Positions 1 through 10,557 of a DNA stretch of 64,000 nucleotides are shown piece by piece. A program made the position numbers and the translations under genes. Position 1 is the first letter of the stretch; the number at the start of each line of letters is the position of its first letter. Source of the DNA: Flectonema sp. DT1601 (taxonomy: Eukaryota); assembly GCA_964019425.1 (NCBI GenBank), contig OZ025792.1, positions 868,001 through 932,000 on the forward strand, written 5' to 3'. The notes beneath the pieces were generated by a model. The model ran no database searches. It saw only the letters and a list, made by a program, of their open reading frames with translations, and had not been told where the DNA came from.

Positions 1-416
1 TGTAAGACAGGACCTGGAGGCAGTTCCGAATTCTTACTGTCAAGAGGGTCGTGGATCATGTGCATTGGCGCTCGTACAAATCGAGGCATTCCGTTTTCCC
101 AAACCTGAATCTCTCTCTCGGGATTGGAACTGTAGATGTTTAAATGTTTTCTTTTCGCCTCGTGTTCTAATATGACATCTAAAGGAACAGGTGTTCCTGG
201 TTTATAAAACCTCTCTGCTACTTCCATCTGATGATCAATTATATCTGTACCCTCACCAGGTTTAAAATCTAACGAAATAGGACCATCACCAGACTGTTGA
301 ATGCTGACAGGTCTCTCAATTACTGGAGTTACTTTCTTCTCATCGTTATCAACAACAAGTGTTTTACATCCCCGGCGGCCAAATCTGATGTGGGCTGCGG
401 TTGTTACTCGTTTCAT
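1..416 (-). CDS. Hypothetical protein, 5' part only (runs off window start), probable mitochondrial presequence
   Basis: Hand translation from ATG at 416: MKRVTTAAHIRFGRRGCKTLVVDNDEKKVTPVIERP...SKNSELPPGPVL, open to base 1. Arg-rich, acid-free N-terminus; CAG just upstream. Missing from the ORF track because the stop lies outside the window. Confidence 0.75.
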   Translation of the reverse strand, partial: MKRVTTAAHIRFGRRGCKTLVVDNDEKKVTPVIERPVSIQQSGDGPISLDFKPGEGTDIIDHQMEVAERFYKPGTPVPLDVILEHEAKRKHLNIYSSNPEREIQVWENGMPRFVRAPMHMIHDPLDSKNSELPPGPVL

Positions 417-697
417 TGTACAGCTGTGCAGCCCTTAGTGAAAGAAATAACACAATTAATTAAAATATACAGATTGAAGTCTTTCTTACTATATCATCCT
501 CGACATACAATTCATCTGAGCAATGAGAGGATGCTAAGTTAAAATCGGATGAAACGGGTGGGTAAAAAAAGTACAAAATAATACAATAGGAATACCCTTA
601 AGTAACAACACCAATTATGGTGTAGTAGGGTTCAGGAGGGTTATTTAAGAAGACACAATTTTCTTATTTAAAAAACGACACCAATAGGTCACAAGTT

Positions 698-3541
698 TTA
701 ACCAGTTGCTGATGTTGTTGACAATCGACAAGATCTGTGAAGGAGATTTTGCTCTCGCATTTCTACTTCCTCCAGTCGGATGCTGACGGATTCTTTTTCT
801 GTCAGTACTTTTAGTTCCTCCTGAAGTAGTTCGACTTCCTTTGATTCTGCCTGCTTCTTGAGTTGTTTTAATTCGATGGCTTGCTTCTCAATGTCTGCTT
901 GCTTGGAGTTCAGTTTGGCCTCCCTTTCGATAAGTGACTGAGTTTGTTGTTCAACTGTTGCTGCCTGGGCAGAGTGTTGCTCGTCGCGGTTTCTAAGAAC
1001 ACCTGCTGACGCGCGAATTAGTTCCGAAGCTTTGGATGCGAGTTCGTCAACTCCCAAACTAAGTAACGCACCTCTACTGGTACCTGGGAGTACGGACACA
1101 ATAGCATTCCGTAAGATCTCTTCTCCTTCTTCCAATGCGGTGTTTCTTTCAGCGATTCCGTCGTCTTTCTTCATCTGCTCTGTTGCTATTTTGTCGAGAA
1201 CATTTTTTCCTTCTGCAATTAAATTCTCTTTCTCAACAAGACCTGTTTCCTTCTGTGCTAGAGCTTCTTCTCGCTGTTTTAATTTCTTGAGCGTCTTCTG
1301 GTGTTGCGTGTCGGTGTCGCGCATTCTTCTGTTTATTATCCGCTCCTGGTTTTCAAGCTTCTCTTGTGCGTCTCGCAATTCAGCCTCCATTGCCCGACTC
1401 TTCTTAGCGACGGTGTTCCATTCCTTCTTCTCCTTGGTGTCTCGCTGGTTCAATTTTGCGAGTCGATCATTGAAATCATTTTCAGCGATTTCCAGTCCGC
1501 GTTGCTTCTCATTGATCGCTCGCTCGAGTGCCTTCATTTCAGCTATTTTGCCTTTCACGCCGGCGTATTCGTGGAGTTGAGTTTCGATCTCCCTTTCCAA
1601 AGATACGAGTTTAGCTTCTTTTGCATCTAATTCATCGCGTTCAGTGTCGAAAGCCAACTGCTGTTCTCGGAGACTATTTACTTGTTGTGGAAGGTTTGAA
1701 TTCATTTCTTGTGCATGCACGAGTTTTAGTTCACGCTCAGCAGCAGCAGCTTCTCTTTCCTCGAGTACGGCTTCCCTGTTTCTCAATTTCCGAGTGAGCA
1801 ACTCGTTTTGCTCTGCCGCCAGCCTCTGTTTGTCAAACCCGCTGCTATTTTGCTTTTGAAGCAAATTAACTTTCTTACTCGGAACTTGCATGTCCTGAGG
1901 ATTCCTATGAAGTGGACAGCTATCACCACTGCAGAAGTGTGCTGGTGTTCCTTTTTGATTTTGTCTGACGGGTACAACTAACGGTGTCTGGGGCTGCGGA
2001 GCTTTAGAATTAAATTGTCGAATAGCGTCCTGCAATGACTGATCACGTTCATAAAGATTTCTCTCAGATTCAGAGACTGAGTTTTCACGAAGTACGAGAC
2101 TTTGCTCGCGACGTTTAATTCGACCCTCGGCAATCACCATTTCAGCTTCGCGCTGAGCAACTTCTATCTCACGAGACTTGATGGAGGAACTGTTGTCAGT
2201 TGCATGTTCTTTCATCCGTTCTATGATGTGTTCTCTTTCAGCTAGTGATGCACGCAGTCGATTAAGTTCTGTCCTTTCTCTCTGAAGCTTCGCACCCTCT
2301 CCATCTAATTCCTGTTGAATGCCAGCTCCCTGTTCTTCGTAAGTCGACAACTCCCTCTCTCGCTGGTTTAAGTACTTCTTTGCTGCTGCAAGCTTTTCAG
2401 CTACTTCTGCATTATCGGCTGCTTGCATCTCAACTTCTGTTGTTTTCCGCTGTAACAACTCATAAGCTTCTCGCAGCATAGAAAGCTCTTCAGCTTGAGT
2501 CCTGACCACTCGAGAGAGTCTCTCCACTTCCCTACCTGGTGACGCGGCATTATGTCTTCTATCTACTTCTGACTGACTTGCTGCAGTTTGTGTTTGTGTT
2601 TGTGAGTTTGTTTCGCTCTCAAGTTGTGCTTCAAGTCGTCGAATTTCTTCGGCTTGCCGAGCGATGTGTTTTGCTTTCGGAGAAGGCGAGTGAGAATATT
2701 CTTGCCTGCGAGTTTCGGTAGCTTGCCTCGTGCCTGGCGGCTTACTGCGAGAAGGGGTTCCAGTTCTGCGTCGTTCCTGTTGCAGCGAGTCTTCGAGTTC
2801 TTTGATTTTAACTTTTTGCTGGTGTCGCATAACTGCTATATGATTATCAGCATAACCTCCTCTTCCAGTTGGTGATATTGCTAACGTGTCAGATGGTCTT
2901 CGTGAGCGTTCGTTTTGCAGAGTCTGCTCAAGTAGTTTAATCATCGCAGCCTGTTGAGTTACTATCGCAGTGTTTGTATCATTTGATTCAATACTTTGCT
3001 GAGTATCTTCATCATACTTCAAGGAGTTACTTCCTACTTGTTGTTGATATGGAGATTGTGTTGGAGTTGTATGACTCGCTTCGTATTGAGAAATCTTTTC
3101 TTCAAGATTCCTAATTGTCACTGATTGATTTACTAAATGTTGATGAACAGTTGGTGGAGAAGAGAGAGCTGTTTTATAACCAACAGATGAAGTCGAGTCT
3201 AGGTGACTGCGGGGTGTCGTAGCTATTTGCCGTCTTGCTGGTGTAGTACTTCCACACCTACGAGGAGGAGTAATATTTCGATAACCTGAAAAACCAACTT
3301 CTGTAACAATAGACTCAACATCTTGTCGTTGTATTGGTTGAGGAACACTAGCTCTCGGTGCAACGTCTTCGACTCTAATTTGACTCATCACCTGTTCGAA
3401 TACCTTTCGAGGGATTTGATCTTCTTTAGTATTTCCTCCTAAATTCCCCCACAGCCATCTAATAGTTCCCTCGTCATTTGGGATCTTAGCAGCTCTCAAC
3501 AAACCCTCCAACTGGTGATAAGTAACAACACCCTCACTCAT
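698..3541 (-). CDS. Long coiled-coil protein (947 aa), possibly with a degenerate EF-hand-like N-terminus; likely cytoskeletal
   Basis: Uninterrupted ORF; E/K/Q/R heptad-rich over most of its length with S/T/P-rich linkers; ACAG acceptor about 10 nt upstream of ATG. Confidence 0.85.
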   Translation of the reverse strand: MSEGVVTYHQLEGLLRAAKIPNDEGTIRWLWGNLGGNTKEDQIPRKVFEQVMSQIRVEDVAPRASVPQPIQRQDVESIVTEVGFSGYRNITPPRRCGSTTPARRQIATTPRSHLDSTSSVGYKTALSSPPTVHQHLVNQSVTIRNLEEKISQYEASHTTPTQSPYQQQVGSNSLKYDEDTQQSIESNDTNTAIVTQQAAMIKLLEQTLQNERSRRPSDTLAISPTGRGGYADNHIAVMRHQQKVKIKELEDSLQQERRRTGTPSRSKPPGTRQATETRRQEYSHSPSPKAKHIARQAEEIRRLEAQLESETNSQTQTQTAASQSEVDRRHNAASPGREVERLSRVVRTQAEELSMLREAYELLQRKTTEVEMQAADNAEVAEKLAAAKKYLNQRERELSTYEEQGAGIQQELDGEGAKLQRERTELNRLRASLAEREHIIERMKEHATDNSSSIKSREIEVAQREAEMVIAEGRIKRREQSLVLRENSVSESERNLYERDQSLQDAIRQFNSKAPQPQTPLVVPVRQNQKGTPAHFCSGDSCPLHRNPQDMQVPSKKVNLLQKQNSSGFDKQRLAAEQNELLTRKLRNREAVLEEREAAAAERELKLVHAQEMNSNLPQQVNSLREQQLAFDTERDELDAKEAKLVSLEREIETQLHEYAGVKGKIAEMKALERAINEKQRGLEIAENDFNDRLAKLNQRDTKEKKEWNTVAKKSRAMEAELRDAQEKLENQERIINRRMRDTDTQHQKTLKKLKQREEALAQKETGLVEKENLIAEGKNVLDKIATEQMKKDDGIAERNTALEEGEEILRNAIVSVLPGTSRGALLSLGVDELASKASELIRASAGVLRNRDEQHSAQAATVEQQTQSLIEREAKLNSKQADIEKQAIELKQLKKQAESKEVELLQEELKVLTEKESVSIRLEEVEMREQNLLHRSCRLSTTSATG

Positions 3542-3963
3542 AACATATCCTGTTGAGTAATTGAAATATTTATTGTTATTGTGAATTGATAGTAAACACT
3601 TTATTATTATTGTATGAGTAATCCCTTTCGTGTCTTCCTCTTCATATTATTAAAGTGACCTGTTTTGAAGTCTCACTTACTTCTGGATTACCTTCGACTG
3701 AAGTCTTTGAGCGCAATTCGTGGCATCAGCACGACGCGGGTACAAATGGCAGAAATAAAAATTGAAAATTTGGACACCAACATCGTTGGCAGTCTTCATA
3801 ACGGTAACAACGTGAGCTGAGTATTGTGCGAAGGTCGCACTCGCTACACATTTAATGAATGGAATGAATGACAACTCCAACGCTGTCTCCACTCGCAGAA
3901 TCTGAACGTTCTTAAATTAGAAACGAATCGACTCATCACAAAAAGGGAATTCGATGAGGAGCT

Positions 3964-4326
3964 TCAAGTTGATAATGAAATCCTTTCAATTTCAGCATCT
4001 CCCGTCAGCTTCAACTGACATGCGAGTCTCTTATTTGGTGAGATTGCCTTTCCGAAATAGGCTTTCTCTTGTTCAGTGAAGGGAGTAAGGTTATCACCTT
4101 TTATCACTTTTACTCTACAGTGACCACAGATACCTTCTTTACAATTAAATGGAACGCCAAGCCATTCTGCTTCCTTAACAATTGAAGTCAGAGGACGGAC
4201 TTCTAACTTTTCTCCTTCGCATCGAAGGGCAACCTTCATTGGTAACGCTGCTGCTGCGGCTGACAGCATCCGACTGGTGACTGTGCTGCCACCACCTAAC
4301 CCAGCAGAAGCTGGCAGGCCGGCCAT
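3964..4326 (-). CDS. 2Fe-2S ferredoxin-like protein (120 aa)
   Basis: GVPFNCKEGICGHC...RLACQ (C-x4-C-x2-C...C). Start placed at ATG 4326 (MAGLPASAG) because a CAG acceptor lies at 4338-4340; the ORF-track extension to 4476 does not begin at an ATG. Confidence 0.85.
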   Translation of the reverse strand: MAGLPASAGLGGGSTVTSRMLSAAAAALPMKVALRCEGEKLEVRPLTSIVKEAEWLGVPFNCKEGICGHCRVKVIKGDNLTPFTEQEKAYFGKAISPNKRLACQLKLTGDAEIERISLST

Positions 4327-4574
4327 CTTTATGCCACCTGTGTATGGTAGAAAATATTTTAATACCTCTTCTAAATGAAAACTTACGTACGAGAAGTCTT
4401 TTCTTTCTATTTCTCGGTCGGTCCAAATGGTATTACAGCTCCTGAAATGAGAAGGAAAATATTGAATTAATTTCAACTATAAATTATCATCAAATACTAC
4501 ACATGAGAGATGGTTTGTGGCTCAGTACCACACTAGAGGGTGAGATGTAAAAGATAAAAAGGGAATAACTGACA

Positions 4575-5126
4575 TTAACGAGATTGGTCTTCTGGTGTTA
4601 TGTCAGAATCCTCTCTCTTGTCAGATATCTGAGCAGCGATGTCATTTATTCGATTGCAGTACACTCGATGGAATGAATCTCTGGCGTTGTTTATGTTTTG
4701 AGTCTCACTTTTGATAAGAACTCGATAGCCTGCCATCTGTTTCAGTAAATTAATAATTCGCTCTCCTTGGGAAGGTTCTGATGGTTGAGAATATTCCTGT
4801 CGCAAATGGGTCTGAAGCAGAGTGACTCTGCGGGAGAGTGACACCACTCGAGCTTCCTGTTCCCATGTGCGATGTCTAACAAGACTTTCCAAATTATCGC
4901 AATTCTGGATCAAGTCTTTGAGTATTACTTCTCCAAGTTCGAGAATCTCTCCCCAACTTCCTTCTAATGTCGAGTTCACTCTTACTTTCGGTCCTTTCCA
5001 GACACTGACACATTTCGATTTTAAACGGCTTATTTCCTCCTCACATTCTTGAATTTCTCTTCGACGTTTCAAAACCTCAACTTCTTCGAATATTACTCGT
5101 CGCAGATCGAAGTCAATTTCATCCAT
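4575..5126 (-). CDS. Hypothetical coiled-coil protein (183 aa)
   Basis: ATG-initiated ORF with protein-like helical composition, same strand as neighbours; no family recognised. Confidence 0.7.
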   Translation of the reverse strand: MDEIDFDLRRVIFEEVEVLKRRREIQECEEEISRLKSKCVSVWKGPKVRVNSTLEGSWGEILELGEVILKDLIQNCDNLESLVRHRTWEQEARVVSLSRRVTLLQTHLRQEYSQPSEPSQGERIINLLKQMAGYRVLIKSETQNINNARDSFHRVYCNRINDIAAQISDKREDSDITPEDQSR

Positions 5127-5470
5127 CGATTCGTAACTTTAATATGCTGGTGGAAGTAACTAATATTAATAATTATAGTACTTGAGTCATAGAAGAGGAG
5201 ATCAGATACTAAAATATTCCACTTCACTTACATTACATTATTAATATCCTATAGAAAGAGATTTCATAAATAAGTAACACAACAACCAATATGGCCGCCA
5301 TATTGGCATCAGTTTGTTAATTGGGGAATGGAGTGAGAGGTTATTAAGACACTATTTCTTTGTTCTATTTTTTTTTTTCTTCTTTGTTAACTGTTCGTTC
5401 ACTTCACAATATAAGGCATTTTTTTTTTATATTCTCTTTTTTTTTTTTTTTTTTTTTTTAGCCAAAAAAA

Positions 5471-5575
5471 ACGGTTGGTTGGTACTGCTCGCTAGACACT
5501 ATATCGTGGTTAGTCGGTGACGCATCAAAAACGCGTTCAAATCCAGTACCTCCCGTCAGAGATGCTTTTTTTTTT
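5471..5575 (+). ncRNA. Candidate Pol III-type structured small RNA (vault/tRNA-like)
   Basis: Closing stem GGTACTG/CAGTACC, internal hairpins, A-box-like TATCGTGGTTAG, B-box GTTCAAATCC (5535-5544), T10 run at 5566-5575. No full tRNA cloverleaf. Confidence 0.3.
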
Positions 5576-6050
5576 AGGTAATCATCTCGGCATCTCGGCG
5601 GGTTTAATTCATTTACAGCTATCCGTTAGTAAAACTCTTCTTCAATAGAGGTTTATCAAACTAACGATAATTTACTTTACTTTTTTCGTTACATATTTCT
5701 AATAAATAGGATTTTTATTTCCTCTAAGAAGCCTGAAAGCTAGTTGGCCAGGGTATGGGGGAGCAGGCCATTTATTTTGGAGCAAAAACACTAATTTTGT
5801 TTTCAGTTTTCGTTTTTTTCCCCCTCCTTTTTTTTAATTTTTTTTTTTTTTTTTTTAGGGGAGTGGAGTTCGTTTTCTTTCAAGAAATCACTAATTCTAA
5901 TCAAATAAAGAGTTTTTTAAGAAATGTCTTTATCTGTTCTTCTCAACTGTTGAAGTAGATCATCGACTGCTCTTTGGAGCAGAGCCTCAATTTAGAGAAC
6001 ATAACGTGCAAGGCACGAGGGGTGCTGCCTTCAAGAAATCTAACCAGCGC

Positions 6051-7279
6051 TTACTCCTTTTTAGCTTCAGCATTTTCTTTTTCTTCCTTCTCCTTTTCTT
6101 CCTTCTCTTTCGCAGCCTTCTCCTCGTCTCTCTTCTTCTGCTCTTCTTCTTTCTTCTTTCTTGCTGCTTCTTCTTCTTCTTCCTTGAGTCGCTTCATTTC
6201 AAATTTGTTCAAAATTAAATTGTGCAGAGCGACTACACTTCTAAGGATTGTTCCGAGGTAGGTTACCATTGTCTGATCGTTTATCTCAGAAGCGATGGAA
6301 GGACTCTGTCGGATTAAATGAAGCGATGGAAGAGTGTTAAATATGTCTTGAATACCATATAAAATGTTGTGATTTATTGGAACCTTTCCTTCTACAATCA
6401 TTTCCATATATTCCTTTATGTCATTCAGACGAGCTCCGATAGCCTTGAGACTGTTGACTTTGTCCTTTACCTGTTTTAGTATTAATATTATTTGATAGCT
6501 ATTTGTGTTGTTTGTTTGTTAATAAAGAAGTGTAAACATACCTGAGTACCCAATGAAGACACGGTGTAGTCCTGGATATCTCTGAGTAGATGAACGACAC
6601 CAACTTCTTCCATGGCTGAGCATCTTAAGCTGGTTTGGAGATGAATAAATGTCATTCTCGGTCCAGTAGTTTCATTTTCGATAGTTTCGATTGCCTTGTA
6701 TGCCTGTTGGGTGTTGGTGTTGTTGAGAGAAGTTCTGTTGTAAAACAGTTGAAAGAAAGTATTAATTCATACCGTGCAAGGAAGTCCTTCTGCTAAACTA
6801 CTCTCATTAACTCTAATAATAACATAAACAGGATTAGGACAATATTTTCTAATCACTTGATGAATCTCAAGGTCATTTGGACGAAGCTTTGGTCCCGTGC
6901 TGTACCATCCGACGATAGTTTCCTTAGCATTTACCTTCTTAAACATCGCAAACATGTCTTCTAAGTAGTGATGATCGAAGTACCAAACGGCGTCAGCATT
7001 CTCTTCAAATGGAACAGCGAAGGAGTTAGTGCAGTGAACTTTACCGAGAACGTTGTGTCCCAACAGGATACCAACAACACGCTTTCCAGAAGAGTTGCTG
7101 GTTAATCTTGTATAGTGATCTACTGTACTCAATAATGGTAAACTGTGAATGCTGACTTCTTGTGGTTCTGGCCACACATCTGGCTTCTTCTCTTCCTCTT
7201 CTTCTTCAACATCCAACTTGTTGTCGTCAACTTCCTTTTTCTTATCCGCTGCTTTCTTGCTGTCTCCCGTAGCACCCAT
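6051..7279 (-). CDS. RPN8: 26S proteasome regulatory subunit Rpn8/PSMD7 (MPN domain), 3 exons, ~362 aa
   Basis: RVVGILLG, NSFAVPFEE, VGWYSTGPKL, EEVGVVHLLRDI, Lys/Glu-rich tail. Exons 7279-6773, 6703-6542, 6470-6051; introns 6772-6704 and 6541-6471 (GTATG...ACAG) join in frame. Confidence 0.95.
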
Positions 7280-7496
7280 TTTCGTTGTAGATGCGCCCTG
7301 TGATAAATATAAAAGGTTATTAATAACTTCATAAGAACTTTAAATTTTAACGAAGAATGCATTCCATGTAGAAACACCGAAGCAGTTAAATGAAATAAAT
7401 ATTTTCGAATAATAATTCAACCAATTGAAGTTCAGTAATCCAGTCACTCGTCACGTACTCATCGCCAATTTTCACATTCGAGTCGAGTACAGATCG

Positions 7497-8339
7497 TCAA
7501 ACTGTGTATGACTCCTTAACAATATTTTTATAAAGAGGATAGTAGCTGCCGGGTCCCGGAAAACGACGCTGCTTTCTCAAGTCTGTTCCACACACGAAGT
7601 GATTCAGTTTTCGAGGGGTTGCAGGGAATTGAACAGGTAATCTAGCACTCTGAGGCTTGTGAGCAGCGTAGTGTCCAGGACCAGGTAAACGATTGTCTGA
7701 TATTTTATCAAGTCCTCGAGGCATACGAGAGATATTACCACCCATTGGGTTGGGAGGTGTTGGGATTTTGTAATCTCCGGGAGCAGGAAGGCCAGAGATC
7801 GCTGCAAAGGTCCTCCCATCAAGGTTTTCTGTCCATGTACGACCAGCTGTGTTTAGTGAGGGACAGGGGCCCAGACCAAGTCCCATTTTCTTTGGACCCT
7901 TTGCGTGCCAAAGTGAAGGAATCGTATAAGAGGCTGGTGATGGTTCCTTTCCTGCTTTACTTTCTTCTTCACGAGGAGGTATAATAAAATGTGGGTTCTG
8001 AGAACTTAACAAACTCAGTTCGTGTGATCTCTTTGAAGCTGTCATTGGATCGAATTGATCGCGTGGTGTCTTCATTCTGTTTGGTAATCTCGCAGTTTGT
8101 GGTTCAGAGTACCAACCAGGACCTGGGATATCATTTCTAAGGGCTGCTTCATTTATAGCCCTCCTAGTATCTTTTAGAAATAAGTGTTTTCTAGTAGTCC
8201 GTTGATCTGGAGACGATGGATAATAAGTAGCAGGTCCTGGGGCTTCATACGTATCAGTGGCAACAGTCGGAGTCACGTTGCTGCTGAATCGTTTGAAATT
8301 AGCATCTCTTAAACAAAGGCGTTCTGACTTACTGAACAT
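7497..8339 (-). CDS. SHIPPO-repeat (ODF3/STPG-like) axonemal protein
   Basis: Repeated PGPxxY motifs: PGPATY, PGPGWY, PSPASY, PAPGDY, PGPGHY, PGPGSY. Confidence 0.85.
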   Translation of the reverse strand: MFSKSERLCLRDANFKRFSSNVTPTVATDTYEAPGPATYYPSSPDQRTTRKHLFLKDTRRAINEAALRNDIPGPGWYSEPQTARLPNRMKTPRDQFDPMTASKRSHELSLLSSQNPHFIIPPREEESKAGKEPSPASYTIPSLWHAKGPKKMGLGLGPCPSLNTAGRTWTENLDGRTFAAISGLPAPGDYKIPTPPNPMGGNISRMPRGLDKISDNRLPGPGHYAAHKPQSARLPVQFPATPRKLNHFVCGTDLRKQRRFPGPGSYYPLYKNIVKESYTV

Positions 8340-8644
8340 AACAACTGGACTGGCTTTGAATACTTGTTTAAGTAATGAAATGATTTTATCAAAATAAAGT
8401 AACTACAGTACTTCCTTTTGTGTAATATATTGCTGTAAGATAAAAGTATATTCAACTGACTAGTATTACAATGACAGTAATAGAAGAAACAGCACTGACT
8501 GAAGACGAAAGGCTTTTCTTTTTCTTATTGTTTCAGGAGAACAGATTGTAAAATAATTTCCTTTTTCTGTTTTTCTTTTTTGTTTTTGTTTTGTTATTTC
8601 TTCATAACAAAGCTGCTAACAAAAGTAAAGCAGGCAATCGACAA

Positions 8645-9986
8645 CTATGTTAATTGTGTTGAGATTGTTGGTGTAGCAGCTGTTCCGTAGGCCCCACTTT
8701 GAGATCTGTTTAGAGATTTTAATTGTTGCACAACAACTTTTTTTTGACCTTCAGCAATTTCCATCTTACGGGTCCAGTTTCTTGCGGCCTTCTCTAACTC
8801 GTAAAGCTGTTATTTAGTTGTGTTTGTATAATAAAAGTTGTGAAGGTAGCAGCATTGCCGCTGACACACTACGATATTATAATAGAAAGGGGAATAGACC
8901 TGATCTGAATAGACTTAATTACAATTAATAACAAACCTCAGCTTTCTGTTGAATGTAGTCCTCGACTTTTGGGACTTTCACGGCCTCGTGTTGAAGTCGA
9001 AGAGCGACATTCTTACGCTCCGCAACTTCTTTTTCAGCAACGACTTGTTGAATGGATCGCTGAAGGGACTCCAAGTGACCCTGTTTTAGAGTGATTTCCT
9101 TCTTTAGAACTGTTTGCTCTTGTGTATATCTATTTAGTCTTTCAGTTAAAGTATTCATCGTCTGGACGGTGTTTCCTGTTGTCAATTTTAACTTTACCAG
9201 TTCTTTGTTTTTTAGTTCAATTCTCTCTAAGAATTGCTGATTTTCAATCTTTAGCTGATCGAAGTCAATTGGTGCGAGAACTTCTCCCATGTCTTCTCTT
9301 TGCTTCAGCTGATGCTCGTGTTTGTTTATTTGTGATTTGAGGGCTGCAGTCTTCCCTTTTAGTTTGGCAGTGTGTCGCTCCTTTTCCTTTAGCTTCTCTT
9401 CGAAGTATTTTAATATCTTTTCAGCGACTATGTATTTATCGCTAATCTCACGATTAAAATCGAAGGAGTCTTTGCGAGTCTCGGCAATTCGAACTTCAGC
9501 TTCCTCGATGCAGGCTCTGATCATTTCTAATGACTTGTCCATGTCTTTTTCTTCTTTTTCACGTTCTCGTTTTAAGTGTTCAACTTCACTGTTTCCGATG
9601 TGCTGTTTATCTTCAAGTGAAAGAAGTACGTCTTTATGAGTGCTGCTGTGTCTTCTTCCTTTATTATATCCTTTGTGACGAGTCTTTGTTTGCGTTCCAT
9701 TTGTTTCCATGAATGAGTCCAGTCCATAGTTTCCTCCATAGTCGTCACCGTAGTCACCAATGTCTCGACCTCCTGCTACTTGTTGTTCTTGTTGTCTTTT
9801 TAAATATCTTTTAAAGCATTCTAATTCCTCTTCAAGAAGTTCATTATCACCTCGTAAGTTTTGTAATTCCTCCTGAACTCTTGTTGTCTCAAAATCTATT
9901 AATTCCTCAGCAGGAGGATATTCTTCTTTACCAGATCTGTACAATTTGCATTGTGACAGAGCCTGGGCTGCTTTTCCTTGCGCCAT
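8645..9986 (-). CDS. CCDC113: Cilia/flagella coiled-coil protein CCDC113 (DUF4201), 2 exons
   Basis: GEVLAPIDFDQLKIENQQF, KVPKVEDYI. Intron 8936-8807 (GTTTG...TAACAG) adds LYELEKAARNWTRKMEIAE...TQLT*, restoring the conserved WxRKxEIAE C-terminus. Confidence 0.88.
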
Positions 9987-10557
9987 GTTACCTGGCTGGT
10001 TATTAATAAAGTCATAAAACGATTAATATGTTTCGTTCTTGTCACACAAATTGTAATGATGATTTTCTTTTTTTTGTTTTTTTGCCTATATAATACAAAA
10101 TTAAATTAAAAGCGCAAATTCGGACTAACATTTTCTTTTTTTATTCCTAGGAAACGAGGTGCGCAGGAGTGGAATGAACGCAGATGGTTGCAGCTGTTGT
10201 TTTCTTTTTATTATTCTGTTCAGCAAACTACCTTCGTGTTTCTTCTCTGTCTTTCAATTCTTTTTTTTTCGTGTGTTTTCGGCGGAGGGATGAATAAAAA
10301 AACAAAAAGCTCAGGACAACAATGTTTCCAAAGAAATGAAAGAAAAAAAAAAAGGGGAAAAAAAAAAGAAAAAAAAGTAATAATTTTGAGATGATGATGT
10401 CCTCCGCAGATAACTTCAATAGCCGCTCTCTTGTTTTCTATTCGATTGATACAAACACATTGTAATGATAACACTTTTATACGTAATTTGATTATTCTTT
10501 TGATAATTACAAAACTATGGGATCACTGATACTAATATGAGAGGTTACGAATGTCGT

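Noticed and set aside
5490..5550. tRNA gene
   Set aside because: A- and B-box-like motifs are present, but no anticodon arm or proper acceptor/T-stem geometry.
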